Positions 10,222 through 22,133 of a DNA stretch of 64,000 bases are shown piece after piece. The number at the start of each line of letters is the position of its first letter. Position 1 is the first letter of the stretch. The position numbers and the translations under genes are program-made. The notes under the pieces are model-generated. The model had not been told where the DNA came from, did no database searches, and worked only from the letters and a program-made list of their open reading frames with translations. The stretch spans positions 5,086,001-5,150,000 of the forward strand of contig NC_058383.1 in NCBI RefSeq assembly GCF_018350175.1, read 5' to 3'. The stretch comes from Felis catus (taxonomy: Eukaryota).

Positions 10222-11104
10222 TAAAATTCATGTTTTTAAAAATAAAGTTCAGCCCTTCGAAAGAGAATAATTTCAGTTGCCAGTCGTTTGCCAGCCAGTC
10301 GTAAAACATAACTTTTGTGTACATATTTTTAGAGTAGAGAACTTTGAACCCTACATGGGGAAGTCAGCTACAACTTGTTTACAAGATAGGGTAAATAATC
10401 TGTGCAAATGGCAGTTACACAGGCAGGAGAGATCATTTAAGAGCTTTTTTTTTTTTTTTTTTTTTTTTGCTAATGTGTTTGTAGGGCTAAGAGACTTTAA
10501 AAATGATTCTTACTTGCTATTTTTATAAGTTGAATTTTTGTCCAGGGTAGTAGTATTTGTTCTTTCCGTGGAAGATAAGGGGAGAGGGTGGTGATCTGAA
10601 TGGTTGGAGGGCAGTTCTAAGGAGGAACACGTTGGGGGGTTGGTTACAAGATTACAAGAACACATTGTTACTTACAGTGTGCCCAGAGTGCAGTTAAGGT
10701 ATTTTTAATTCCTTCGGGGCTTTATTGCCTTTCGGTTTTTCTAGAACAGCTCTTGAGATTTGCCTTTATTTGGCAGGTGACTGGCTAGTTTGGCTCCTTG
10801 CCACCATCTTAACTCAGTTTGGGAATGTGCCTGATTGATGTTCCCGAATGGACCATCTGTGGCAGATGACGTGAAGGACTTTGCTGGTTTTCCCCTCCCC
10901 ACCCCCAGTCAGTGTAGATGAGGATTATAAGCGTGGGTTTCACGTGAGAAGGTGCTCCGCCTCACTCATAATGAAATAAATACAGATTAAGACCAGGCTG
11001 AGAACCCACCTTTCACCTGTCAGCCAAGCAAGGACCCCCCACCTTTGAAACCATCTGTTGGCGGTGGGAGGGTAAATTAGTTACAGAGACAGCTTGGGTC
11101 CTGT

Positions 11105-11561
11105 TGGCTCAGGTCCATTGCTTGCCCTTCCCCTGCGGAGAGAGTCACCCCTGCAGGCAACATTTCCCAGACCTTTGGGTCAGCTGGCTTGCAGCTAGGT
11201 TTGGGTGGTGGGAGCCTCTGGTGGGTGGTGGGAGAGATGGATGGCTACAGGAAGGGGGAAACCAGGTTCTCTCCTCCTTACGTTTGGCCTCAGACCGTCT
11301 CTGTGGCCGTTGCACGGTCTCCTTTTGCCTCCAGCGCCTGCCTGTTTCCCTGAACTTTGGAAATCCCTCCTCCGTTTGGTCCTCCAACTTAGAGGTGGCA
11401 TCAGCTTCTTGCTCTTGCGGTCTCTGGTTGTCTAACCATTTTCCGTGTGACTTCTCACCTTTTGCATCACGCATGTAACCAACTCCTTGTATGAAACGTT
11501 CTCCACTTGAGATCCCTGGAGGGCCTTCTTCTGTTTCTCTGGATGGATCTCAATAGATGCA
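11105..11561 (+). mobile_element. ERVL solo LTR, LTR33-like, inside an old L1ME fragment (~10940-11900)
   Basis: catttcccagacc...agctggcttgcagctaggtttgg...catcacgcatgtaaccaactccttgtatgaaa...gatgca resembles the recalled LTR33 consensus. Confidence 0.55.
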
Positions 11562-12213
11562 GCAGTGTTGGGCAGCAGCAGCTTTTTAAACAATTGCAAG
11601 TGTGCAAATCCTTTGAACAAGCAGTAACAGTTCGAGGAATTTAATCTGCAGGTGTATTTGTGCATGTTGGAGATGCTGTAGGTACACGATTATTTGCTGC
11701 ATTGTTTGTGGTAGTAAAAGATGAGAAATAACCCAGGTTATCCACAGGAGACTCATCGGGTAAATCTCATACCCAGATGGTGAATGAAGTTGTAGGAAGG
11801 AACGAGGAACCACTTTATGAATTGATCTGGAAAGATCTCCAAAATGCTAAGTTACAAAAACAAAGTGCAGGAAAGTGTGCTTTGTAGGCTACAATCTTTT
11901 CTCCTTTTCTTTTCTTTTCTTTTCTTTTCTTTTGTTTTCTTTTCTCTTTTCTTTTCTTTTTTTCTGAAGTGTTTGTGTATGTGCGAAAATTCTCGGAAAG
12001 GTTAAATAAGGAACCAAGAATTAGGTTTCCCTGTTGGGGGAGGGCAATGGGAACTGAGCAGGTGGAGAATGAAGGTGCAGTGGAGCCGTCGCTCTGTGCC
12101 TTTTTATTTTTTTGAAATTCAAAAAAGTTTATTTCTGCTTCTTCCAAAATTGGAAAGCCATTTCACACAGAAAAATAGTATGCTGGTAAGAAAACATCCT
12201 TTTTGAGAGGGTT

Positions 12214-12245
<32 letters not shown>

Positions 12246-12392
12246 GAGAGAGCTAGAGTGAAGGCAGGGGAGAGGAAGAGGGAGAGACTCTTAAGCAGAG
12301 CTTGATGGAGGGATCAAACCATGACCGTGAGGTCATGACCTGAGCTGAAATCAAAAGTTGGCTGCTTCACCAACTGAGTCGCTGAGGTGTCC
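12214..12392 (-). mobile_element. Degenerate CAN-SINE
   Basis: (TTTTG)n tail, gaggtcatgacctgagctgaaatcaaaag body. Confidence 0.75.
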
Positions 12393-12569
12393 TGAGGTAT
12401 TTTTATATACTAAAAAAAAAAAAAAAAAAAAGATTTAAATGTAGCAAGTTATAGAATATGCTATCTATATTTCCAGTCAAGGCACAGGAAATTACTGGTC
12501 TTTTAGTGTTTAAGAGGTGACATGATGGGTGTTTTCAGAGTATGCTTAGAGCGTGTTCTTGAACGCTTA

Positions 12570-13330
12570 TTCGACGGATAGTGATAGCGCCTCTACTAAA
12601 ATGCCAGGCACTGCTCCTGGCACAAGGTTGAGTAGCGGTGAATAAGGCAGATGAATTTCCTGCGTTCCCAGAGCTTTTGTTTAGATGGGAGACAGACAGG
12701 AAAGGTAAACAGACACATAAAATAATCACAAGTTATGCTGAGTGTGTTGAAGGAAATCATCAGGGGTGGAGGGACTTGGGGGGAGAGGCAGGGGAAGCCT
12801 TTGGGAGGAAGAGTGCCAGGGGGCGGGGCTGGAAGGAGTGGCTTCAGGGGGTAAGGGATTCACGAAGCCAATGCAAGATTTTAAACAGGGCAGTGATATT
12901 TGACTTCTGTTTCAATAATTTTAGCCGAGGTTTACATAATGCTCTCGGCTGTTGGGGCTCCGTCCTGTGTGCTTTATTGTATCTTAATGTTCGCGGTAAC
13001 CCTGTTAGACGCTTAACATTACCCGCCGTTTACAGATGGAAATGGAAACCAGCGGTGTGGGGAAGCTAACCGACTTGCATTGGATGCCACAGCTATAGTA
13101 AGGGTGGAGCAGAGATTCGAGTCCACGTGTTCCGGCCCCAGAAGCCACATGCCTCACCATTGCACCCCCTGCCCTTTTAAGGAGAGTTTTCCTGGCCACC
13201 AAGTGGAGAATGGGTTGGAGGAGGGGAGGGTGTCCGGGAGTAGGAGCTGAGCAGGTGCTCCGGGGAGAGTCGCAGAGGCGTGGGGATTGGGCAGCCGAGG
13301 CAGAGGTGAAGGGAAAGAGATAAGATGGAT
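12570..13330 (-). mobile_element. L2 fragments with an embedded MIR (~12920-13170)
   Basis: gcgcctctactaaatgccaggcactg... (L2 3' end, reverse) and tttacagatggaaatggaaacc...gacttgcattggatgccacagct (MIR, reverse). Confidence 0.5.
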
Positions 13331-13774
13331 GTCTATAAAGACACAGAAAAGTAGGGGAAACAGTGAAACACTCATGTTCCCGTTACTCAGCGTTAACAGA
13401 GTAGCTGTTAATGTTCTGTGACATCGTTCTAGGTCTTTTGTAAGAAAGTAATAGTAATTCCAGCATTACGGGTAAATCTCCATCCCTGCATGTGGCAACA
13501 CTGTTCTTTTTGCTTGTTGGTTGGTGCCCTCCTTGGCTTCTCTTGCCTTAGCCTCAGATGTTCTCCCTCTTGTCATCCATGTCCAACAGCGATCCCTTAA
13601 GACAGGTCATGTCACCCCCTCTCTGAGTCTGTACTGTCGTCAGGCTAGAACCCTGTCTTGAAAGGCCTTCCTGTGGCCCACAGGGCCTATCGGTCCAGGG
13701 GGCTGCGAGCTTTTTCTGTAAGAGGGCCAGGTAGTAAATATTTTTGGCTTTGTATGCCGCATACAGTCACAAAT

Positions 13775-13978
13775 TTTTTGCTTTTTTGTTTTTAATGTTA
13801 GTTTATTTTTGAGAGAGAGAGACAGTGCGAGCAGGGGAGGGGCAGAGAGAGAGGAGACACAGAACCCGAAGCAGGATCCAGGCTCCGAGCTGTTAGCACA
13901 GGGCTCAAACCCACTAACCGTGAGGTCATGACCTGAGCCGAAGTTGGATGTTCAACCCACTGAGCCACCCAGGTGCTC
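13775..13978 (-). mobile_element. CAN-SINE
   Basis: Typical body and head ...gagccacccaggtgc. Confidence 0.9.
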
Positions 13979-14204
13979 GTCTGTCTGTCTGTCTGTCTTT
14001 GTTTCTTTCTTTCTTCTCTTCCTTTTCTTCCTTTCTTTTCTTTCTTTCTTTCCTTTTCTTTCTTTCTTTCTTTCCTTTCTTTCCTTCCTTCCTTCCTTCC
14101 TTCCTTCCTTCCTTCCTTCCTTCCTTCCTTCCTTCCTTCCTTCTTTCCTTTCCTTTCCTTTCCTTTCCTTTCCTTTCCTTCTTTTCTTTCTTTCTTTTCT
14201 TTCT
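13979..14204. repeat. Compound pyrimidine microsatellite (TCTG)n/(CTTT)n/(CCTT)n/(CCTTT)n
   Basis: About 225 bp, almost purely C/T on the + strand. Confidence 0.95.
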
Positions 14205-14443
14205 TTAAATAACCCTTTAAAAACATAAAAAAACATTGTTTTCTTGAGGGCTGTCCTTGGCCCCTGCTCTCATCCCTTGCTGTGTCTTTGACATTTCCCA
14301 CCACGCTTGTTACCACGCTGGTCTCCTTGATCTTCCAGGAACGTACCAGGCACACCCTGCCTCGGTGCCTTTGCACTTGCTGTTTCCATAGTGGTTTTCA
14401 CTGAGGTATCTGCTTCCTGCTTACTGGCTTCATCCAGGTTTCT

Positions 14444-14608
14444 TTTTCTTTCTTTGTAAGTTTATTTATTTTGAGAGAGAGAATCCCAAGCAAGTTCCAT
14501 GCCATCAGCACAGAGCCAGACGCAGGGCTCGAACTCAAGAACCGTGAGATCATGACCTGAGCCAAAATCAGGAGTCAGACGCTCCACTGACTGATCCACC
14601 CAGGGCCC
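14444..14608 (-). mobile_element. CAN-SINE inserted into an L2 fragment (~14280-14870)
   Basis: 16-bp TSD cttcatccaggtttct at 14428-14443 and 14609-14624. Confidence 0.9.
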
Positions 14609-15499
14609 CTTCATCCAGGTTTCTGTCCACATGTCTCCCTGCCACAGAGGCCTTCGTTCACCAGCCTGTCTGAAATAACCCCCTGTTGTTACCCTTTCCC
14701 GGCTTCTTAACACTTACCACCCTGTACCTATTCTGTATTTGTACACTGTTTGCCTCTTCTCTCGTAGGCTCTAAGTTCCATGAGAGCAGGACTATTGTCT
14801 GCCTTCACCTGCGACCATACTCCAAGACCTGGAACACAGCACACCGACCTTCAGGGAATATCACCTCTTAAGTTATTCTTGGTCCTCCACCCCTCCTGCC
14901 TTGTGGATTTCCTCAGGACAGGTGTGGATTAGCTGTGGTTCCTGTGGTGGGGTTTTCCCACTTTAGCATATAGGTGTATGTCCGTAAACAAGGTAAAGGT
15001 CTCTTCTTGGTTTGTTTAAGAAAATTACAAAAATGGTATCCTATCGTCCGGATAGGATTTTACATTGTCGTTGTGAACCACACACAGGTGAACTCCTGGG
15101 CTTGTCTCCTTTTCCAGACTCGGGGGAGTTTTTCTAGAGCGTAGCTCCAGATTGTGCACACAGGGCATAGGCTTCCTTTTGGTTTCCTTGCCTGCTGACA
15201 GATTGCTTTCTCACAGGGGGCATTCTCTTCCACTCTGGGCATTTATCAGACTTTTAAACGTTGGCCTGCCTCCTGAGGAAGAAACAGTGCATCGCGTTAC
15301 CAGTGATGAGATGTTCTTTGGAGAATCGGATGGCTGTGCCGACAGTTGGGAGGTCAGAGGTGCAGGAGGCAGAGAGGACTTCCAGATTCTGGCCTGTGTG
15401 ACAAGGTGGTGCTGCTGCCACCGGAGAAGGGGAGGTCCGGGGAGGCGGGGCTAGGAGAAAGCCATTTGGAGGGTTTTTGGGGTTTTTTTTTGCTTTTTT

Positions 15500-16790
15500 T
15501 GTCAAAAATGACATCACTTTGCCCTGGCTTCAGGAGGATATTTTCACCGGGTGTACAGTTGTAGTTTATCAAGTTAATTTCTTGCAGTGTTTCGACGTGC
15601 CACTTCATTGCCTCTGGCTTCCATGGATTCTGCTGAGAAATCAGCTGTATCTGTCTTGTTCTTTTGAAGGTAATCCCTCCCCCATCCCCACTTTGGCTGC
15701 TTTTCAGATTCTTCTCTTTGCCTTTCATTTTCAGCTGTTACTGTGATGTGTCCAGATGTGGTTTTCCTTAAAACTATCCTTGTCAGGGCTGGTGGCGGTT
15801 CTGCTTTTTGGTGGTGCCGTGACCAGACTTAATTTTACCTTAGATTTGGAGAATTGGTGCTCATTATCTCTCCATTCATTCCTTTGGCTGCATTCCCCAT
15901 CTCTCCTTCTGGGACTCCACCTTTTCATCATGACCTGTGTGACTGACTCTCTCTTTTCTGTGTTCTTGTCCGCATTATGGGTCTGTGGTTCACTCCGTGT
16001 ATATTCTTCTGACCTGTATCCCAAAATACGAATAATCCTTCCCTCATCTCCAACCTGCACTGAAACCATGTCTTGAGTTCTCAATTTCTTTCAGTGCCTG
16101 CCTTCTTCAGTTTTCTTGATTCTTTTTTTCAGATTCCAATTTTCTGCTGAAAATTCTCATCTTGTAAACTAATTTCTTTGTTGTATTAATCACGGTTATT
16201 ATAAGGTCCCCGTCTGATAATGTCAGTATTTGGATAGCTTGTGAGTGTATTCTGTTGTCTGTTCTACCCTTGGTTTTCAGTCATGTGGTCGTGACTCTAG
16301 ACATACCTGGTAATTGTAGACCGTGTGTGAAAACTTGTAGACTCTGGCAATTTTCCTCAAGGGAAATACCACTTTAGAATTGTGAGGATTGCTCTGCTTC
16401 TGGTTTGCCCCCCTCCTGGGGTAGCTCTTTGGCGGTCCCCACCCGCCCGAAGGCCTGGGCTGTTTACTGGGCTGAGCTCTCCCCCCACCCCTAAGACTGC
16501 CGGAGGCCATGCCGGCCCACTCACATTCTCCACCACTTGTTTCTGCTTAGCGTTTTGGCCTCTGTGCTTCTACAGTGAATTGGCAAGCCTCTCCAGGAGA
16601 AAAGTGGCCCGGATTTTGGGCTCCCCTCTCTGCACTTACCTCTGGGATCCTGGCCTCCTGAGTCCTCACTGCATTTGGTAGCTGTCCGATACCTTCACAC
16701 AGTTGTTTCTTATAATTTGTTCAGCTCTTTCGGTTGTTCTTGGCAGATGGGTTTGTCAATTACAAACTAGTCAGCCTTTACTGGAAGCGG
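15500..16790 (-). mobile_element. Ancient L1ME/HAL1-like ORF1/5' region
   Basis: Antisense L1 ORF1-like text (cattgcctctggcttccatggattctgctgagaaatcagctgt...), flanked by L2 fragments. Confidence 0.55.
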
Positions 16791-19700
16791 CGTCTCAGGA
16801 GTTCAGTTTTGGTGTTTAGAATTGGACTCGGTAGTGAGAAGTCCCAGTGGAGGTGGCTGTGAGAGTCCGCTGCTTGGAGGACCTGACTGGGTGGGAGATG
16901 AACCTTGGGAAGACTTCAGTGCCCTTTAGTTAGTGGGACCGGATGAACGAGATCACTCATGGGAGAGAGCTGAGAGAAAGGAGAAAGTCCCAGGGCTGGG
17001 GACAGCCCAGGAAAGGAGACCTGGAAAGGGTAGCCAGTGGCGTTGGGGGGGGGCGGGTCCTTGGGATCCTTGGGGGTTGTGCGGTGTTGCAGAAGTAGAG
17101 GGGGGAGTGGTGTTGTCGGAAGTGAGAGTGGTGAGCCACATTGAATGCCCCTGAGAGGTACACTTAAATGAGGATGGAGAAGTGTCCCCTGGACTGGGGG
17201 ACAGGCAGGGGGCAGGCAGAGGAGGGACCGGGAAAGATGTTTGCTTGCTTTAGGAAGAGCCGGTGCCACGCCTGCGAGTGGAGGTTTGCCCCGAGGATGA
17301 GAGTGGCCGGAGGGCTAGGGCTTGGCGAGGGAGTGGGGTGCCCGTGTGTTTTGCCATGAAACTTCTCTTGAGTAAATCATTTTAATGGAGGACCCACAGC
17401 AACTCATACCAGGTGAGTTAACATAGCAGGTGGCATGGTCACACTCTTAGAGTAACTTTGGGAGAGACGTATTAGCTCTGAAAGGGATTATTGGCACATC
17501 CTTTAGGAAGCAGGTTGATCAACCTGTGAGATGGGACTATTGAAACTTGGGAAGATAGGTTTTATCAAACACTGCGCACGATAGAACTACTCTGCAGTTG
17601 TGGGAGAAGAATAAGTCCCTTTGATGAGAGTAGAAGATACGTGACTCCTTCCTGATTTTTGAAGTTAATCAAGCTTCTCAGCACTGTGTAGTCAGCTCCC
17701 CATTTGACTTGGTAGACAGACATCAGGTTCTGTAGGGTGTTACAGCTTGGTTGCAGACAATTCAGCACGTGTTTATTTGGGATAAATCTATCTTTCAGTG
17801 TTTGGTAAATACTAGACCCACCTGGGTCACGTTAGTTGTCCACGAAGATTGGGTGATTTGCTTTCACAGAGCAAATTCACTCTTCCGGCTGACTTCGTTT
17901 TCGCCGGTCACGAGGAGCTCTGTTCAAATCGTGGAAAATAAGTTCCGGTCCTAAACTCTCAGCAGGGTTATTTTTAATTACTGTACTCTTCTTTTTGAAA
18001 AACTGATTCCTCTAATTAATAAATAAAAGCAGTTTGCTATAAAACTGGACATTTTAATGATGATTGAAAAATATTTCCCAATATCTAGGTAATTAGTGAT
18101 TTTTTTTCCCCAGTTTCATCCAGATGTTTGGCTGTGTGTAGACCCAGCCTTACTGCAGTTTTCTAATTCACTTTCATGGGAACATATAATATTCTCCGTT
18201 TATTTTGGACAGCAGAGTTTCCTTTTTCTGTGGACAGATACATATGAAACACATGGTCTTTGAGTGGAGTTTGTGGTCCTCTGAGAATTCTCTGAAGGAG
18301 GAAATGGGTTGACCTACTGGTTGCTATGAAGTAAAAACAATCTTGTTTTCATTTTTTCAGTGAACATCTGGGTTGCATTTATTATTTTACATTCTCGAGG
18401 TTCTTTAAAACCACAATTTGATAATAGGAGGGTTCATTAAAGCCGTGACTATTTAGCTATTTCTGTAATTGATTTAAGTGTTAGGGTGGATGATGTATTT
18501 AGAAAAGAAACAAAAATTGGATATTTCTTTCCTTTCTATAAAATGTAACTTGCAAGTAACAACCTTTGATTTTAAACCATAAAATAGGGTGTAGGTACTT
18601 TGAGGGGCAGGGGAAGGAATGATCACCTGGCTCATTTCTCTGTGGCCCTTTGCTGCTCAGTTGGTGGCCGTGGGTGTCTGATCTGTTACGATATCAACTC
18701 CTAGGGAAGGGGACCTTATGGCCACTAGAGAGTGGAACTTAAAAGCCATAAACCAGGGAAGGAAATCCCTTTTTCCTTCTCATCGACTGGAGGAAGGGAG
18801 CGTAAGCAGGTCTGGCCAGTAAGCTGTGAAGGGCAGTTTGCGGGGGGACTTCTTGGAAAGGTTTCTTCTTTCTTGGAAAAATACGGAAGACGGTTCCTTG
18901 TCTTTGAATGGACTTTGTTGGCCTGTTGGGTAGTCAGCTTCCATTCATGATGTTCCTGATGTCCATCCACACGCTGAGGGTGACCAGCTGGCTCCTTGAG
19001 GATGTGGTTGAGCTGCCGAATGTCCCCCACCCGGAGCCTCCCTGTGTCCACACTTCCTGTCACGCGGGACGATAAATGCCCTTCTTGTTTACATGGCTGA
19101 GAAGCGTTCTGTAAGGAGTACAGGCATCTTGCCAGACACTGGCTGTGGCGGCAGGCAGGTCAGTTGTCTTATCCACACAGCAAGGACCTCATCCCCATGG
19201 AGTGCGAGAGGAAACCTCTTCTCTTCCATAGGTATTCATCAAGCATATGTACTTACCACTTGAAGAACCGAGCTGGGTTACGTTTTCTTTTCGAGATTGA
19301 TACGTTCTCCTACTTTTAATGAAACAAAATGTATTTTCACGTGCATGTGGCACTTCCTTGTAACATTTATTTTAACGCAAACATTTTTAACCGTGCAGCA
19401 ATCCAAAGTGGCAGACGTTGGCCATTTAATATTCCGTTAGAAGACAGGACTTCCTTTTAGTTCTTAGCAGAGAGGAAATAAAATGATCAGGAATGTCCTT
19501 TTCCAAGTTTCAGTAATTGAATTAAAATTTTTTTGAATTGAGACAGACAAACGAATTCATTTTTGTTTGTGTTAGAGTATGGGAAAATTGGAGGATTTCA
19601 GTGACTTGGAAGCATTTGGCCCGTTCACACGGTGAGGCTGCACTTCCCAAGTGTGGGCAGGACGAGCGGTTGTAGACGTTTCTCAGCCTGTGACCGCGCT

Positions 19701-21539
19701 TCTGAGAGCACGGCGCATCCTGAGAAGAAAACGGTGCCTTTCACGGCCGGTGCGGAAGGGATCTTCATACTGGATAAGCGTTCTTCTCCAGTGTGGCCTG
19801 CTCTTGGGGGTCGCAGAGCGTCTCGTGGGTCCCCAAAGTAACATGTCTCCAAATTCGCTTTTTCATTTGAAACAGTGGCTAAGCTGTATGCGAGTCAGAT
19901 GGTTACTGTGGCATTTTTTATTTTTACGGAAGAGAGTCAGATGCCTTCTTCCCTCCTTCCTGTGGTCTCCGAGGGCTTTAGCGCTTCCTCTCTGTGGGCC
20001 TTCTCGTGGCGAGGAGCGCGGTCCAGTGCGTGTCCCACGCTCGTGCGGCACCCCCGCGCTTCTTCTGCCTCACAGATGCCCAGTCATTTGGCTGGACATG
20101 AAGAATATGACTAATTTTTTTTTTTTTTTTTTTTTTAGTAATCTGGAAAGAACATAGGCTGAGCTATTTCCCCTGGGTTCTGCTGCTTAGACATTTGGCT
20201 TCAGGATTGAAGTCTCCTCTGCCTCCCGTGCTGCCTCCACCCTTTTTCCTCTACTGAGGAGGAGCCTGGGGCCTTCTCGCTTTGTCTTCCCATCAGGTAT
20301 TAAGATCCTGGCCAAGAGCAGATTGTCCTGCATGTCAAGATGATAGCGACTGTCTCTTTCAGGGGTGTTCAAGGCTGCTTTCGCGTTAGCAACTTGATCT
20401 CCCTCTTGCATTTTATCTGTGAAGGTTTGGGGCCGGGTGAGACCCAGTCTCACTCTTGAGGGAGAAGCCAAAGCCGACCGCCCCGGTCCCTCCAGCCACC
20501 TGCAGGCATGGTGCAGGCCTGCCCGTGGCCGAGCCCGTGGCTGGCATGTCCTCTTGGGGAGACCATCATCGGAGTTCTCTAATCACATGAGCTTGGCTTC
20601 CACGGTTTTATCTGGGAATTTGAGGAACAGATTTGACAGGGGAGTCATTGCCTTAAAAAGTTGTTAATGACAGTCAAGGCTGTGTCAACTTTCACTGGTT
20701 CAAGAGATGAATGGCCAAGACTGGGTGGTAATACTAACCTGAACATCTTCCCCCAATGCTGGAGAAGGGAGTCTGGCTTTTACTATAAACGTTTAATTTT
20801 AGAAGGCTGTTGCTGCATGTTTCACTGAAGCTTTTTCTGCTAATGTCCATCCCTCCCTCCCTCCACCCAGAGTACGTTATTCTCCACTTAGTGGAATCTG
20901 GAAGCCTGGGACCTTTCTGTGCTGGGCAGCCTCCCTTGTTCTCAGCCTCGCTTCTTTGCGGCTGACTTTGTGGGGTGAATCATGCAGTCATTGCTCCCCA
21001 GATAATCTCCGTCCTGTGGGACTGGAGGGCCCCCTCCCCCTTGTGGTCTAATTAATTAAGGGAATTAACATTGCAGAATTTCTGCCCGTTTGCTATGTCA
21101 GCTCAGCCGCTGAAGGATATTTCAGGGCAGAAAATAGCCAGCTGTGTGTGATGTTAATGGTTGGTTCTGAGAATTTGTGTCTCTGCTTTGTGTACACGTA
21201 CAGAAGTTTGTTTAACCAGTAGAACTGATTGTTGTTGACATATTTTTTAAGTAAATACATGCAGCTCCAAAACTTCTAGCCTCGAGTCTGTGTGTATAAT
21301 CTCCTTAAGCTTCAGCCTTCCTTCTTGTATGTGAAACGGACATGAAAAAAACCCAAGTGAAATTCTTTAGTGAAGAATCTGTCAAAAGTCCCAAACAGTC
21401 AGGCATTTGAAACGTGGTCATCGACATAGGAGGCCCCCTGCCCGCAATTATGTACTCAGCAGAGTGAAAGAGCTGCTGTATTCGGGTTTAGGAATAGCAG
21501 ATAACCGGCAATGCGATGATTGTATCTTCCCTCCCCCAG

Positions 21540-21915
21540 CTTTGCATTTTGAAAAATTTCAAGTCTACAGAAAAGTTGAATGAATACCCATATAGCTGTC
21601 ACCTTAATTCGCCAGTTGCTAAAATTTTGCTGCATTTGCTTTATCTCTAATACAAATTACAGGGTTTTTTGGGGAGGGGGACCAGGGAGGGGTGGATCGC
21701 TTGAAAGTAAGTTACATACATCATAACGCTTAATCCCTAAATACTTCGGCATTGATCTCCTAAGGACACTCTCCACGCCCCTGCCACACGGCAGAGAATC
21801 AACAGTAATTCTGTGATATCCTTACACATACAGTCCAAATTCTGCTTTCCCAAAGTGTTTCATATCTATTTTTCTTACCTATCTAGGCTCTGATCAGGGT
21901 TCATACCTTGCATTT
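21540..21915 (-). mobile_element. Old L1 (L1MC/ME-like) 3' UTR fragment
   Basis: tttgaaaaatttcaagtctacagaaaagttgaa...ccctaaatacttcggcattgatctcctaaggaca. Confidence 0.55.
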
Positions 21916-21929
21916 ACTTATGTCTCCTC

Positions 21930-22133
21930 AATGTTTTTTTTGGAGAGAGAAAGAGAGTGAGTGAGTGTCAACAGGGGAGAGGGGCAGAGGAAAGGCAAGA
22001 GAGAGAATGAATGCCAAGCAGGCTCCAGGCTCAGCATGGTGCCCATTGTGGGGCTCGATCCCACAGTCCTGAGATCAAGACGTGAGCCGAAATCAAGGGT
22101 CTGATGCTCAACAGACTGAACCATCCAGGCGCC
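21930..22133 (-). mobile_element. CAN-SINE
   Basis: Body and head ...gaaccatccaggcgcc. Confidence 0.88.

Larger units (their letters stand above)
13697..14266. mobile_element. MER58-like hAT DNA transposon split by a SINE and a microsatellite
   Basis: Left end caggggg...ttttctgtaagagggccaggtagtaaatatttttggctttg; right end ctttaaaaacataaaaaacatt...ggcccctg. Confidence 0.65.

Noticed and set aside
13798..14376. 192-aa Lys/Glu/Arg-rich ORF and overlapping Phe/Leu/Ser ORFs
   Set aside because: Translation of the (CCTT)n/(CTTT)n microsatellite plus a SINE.
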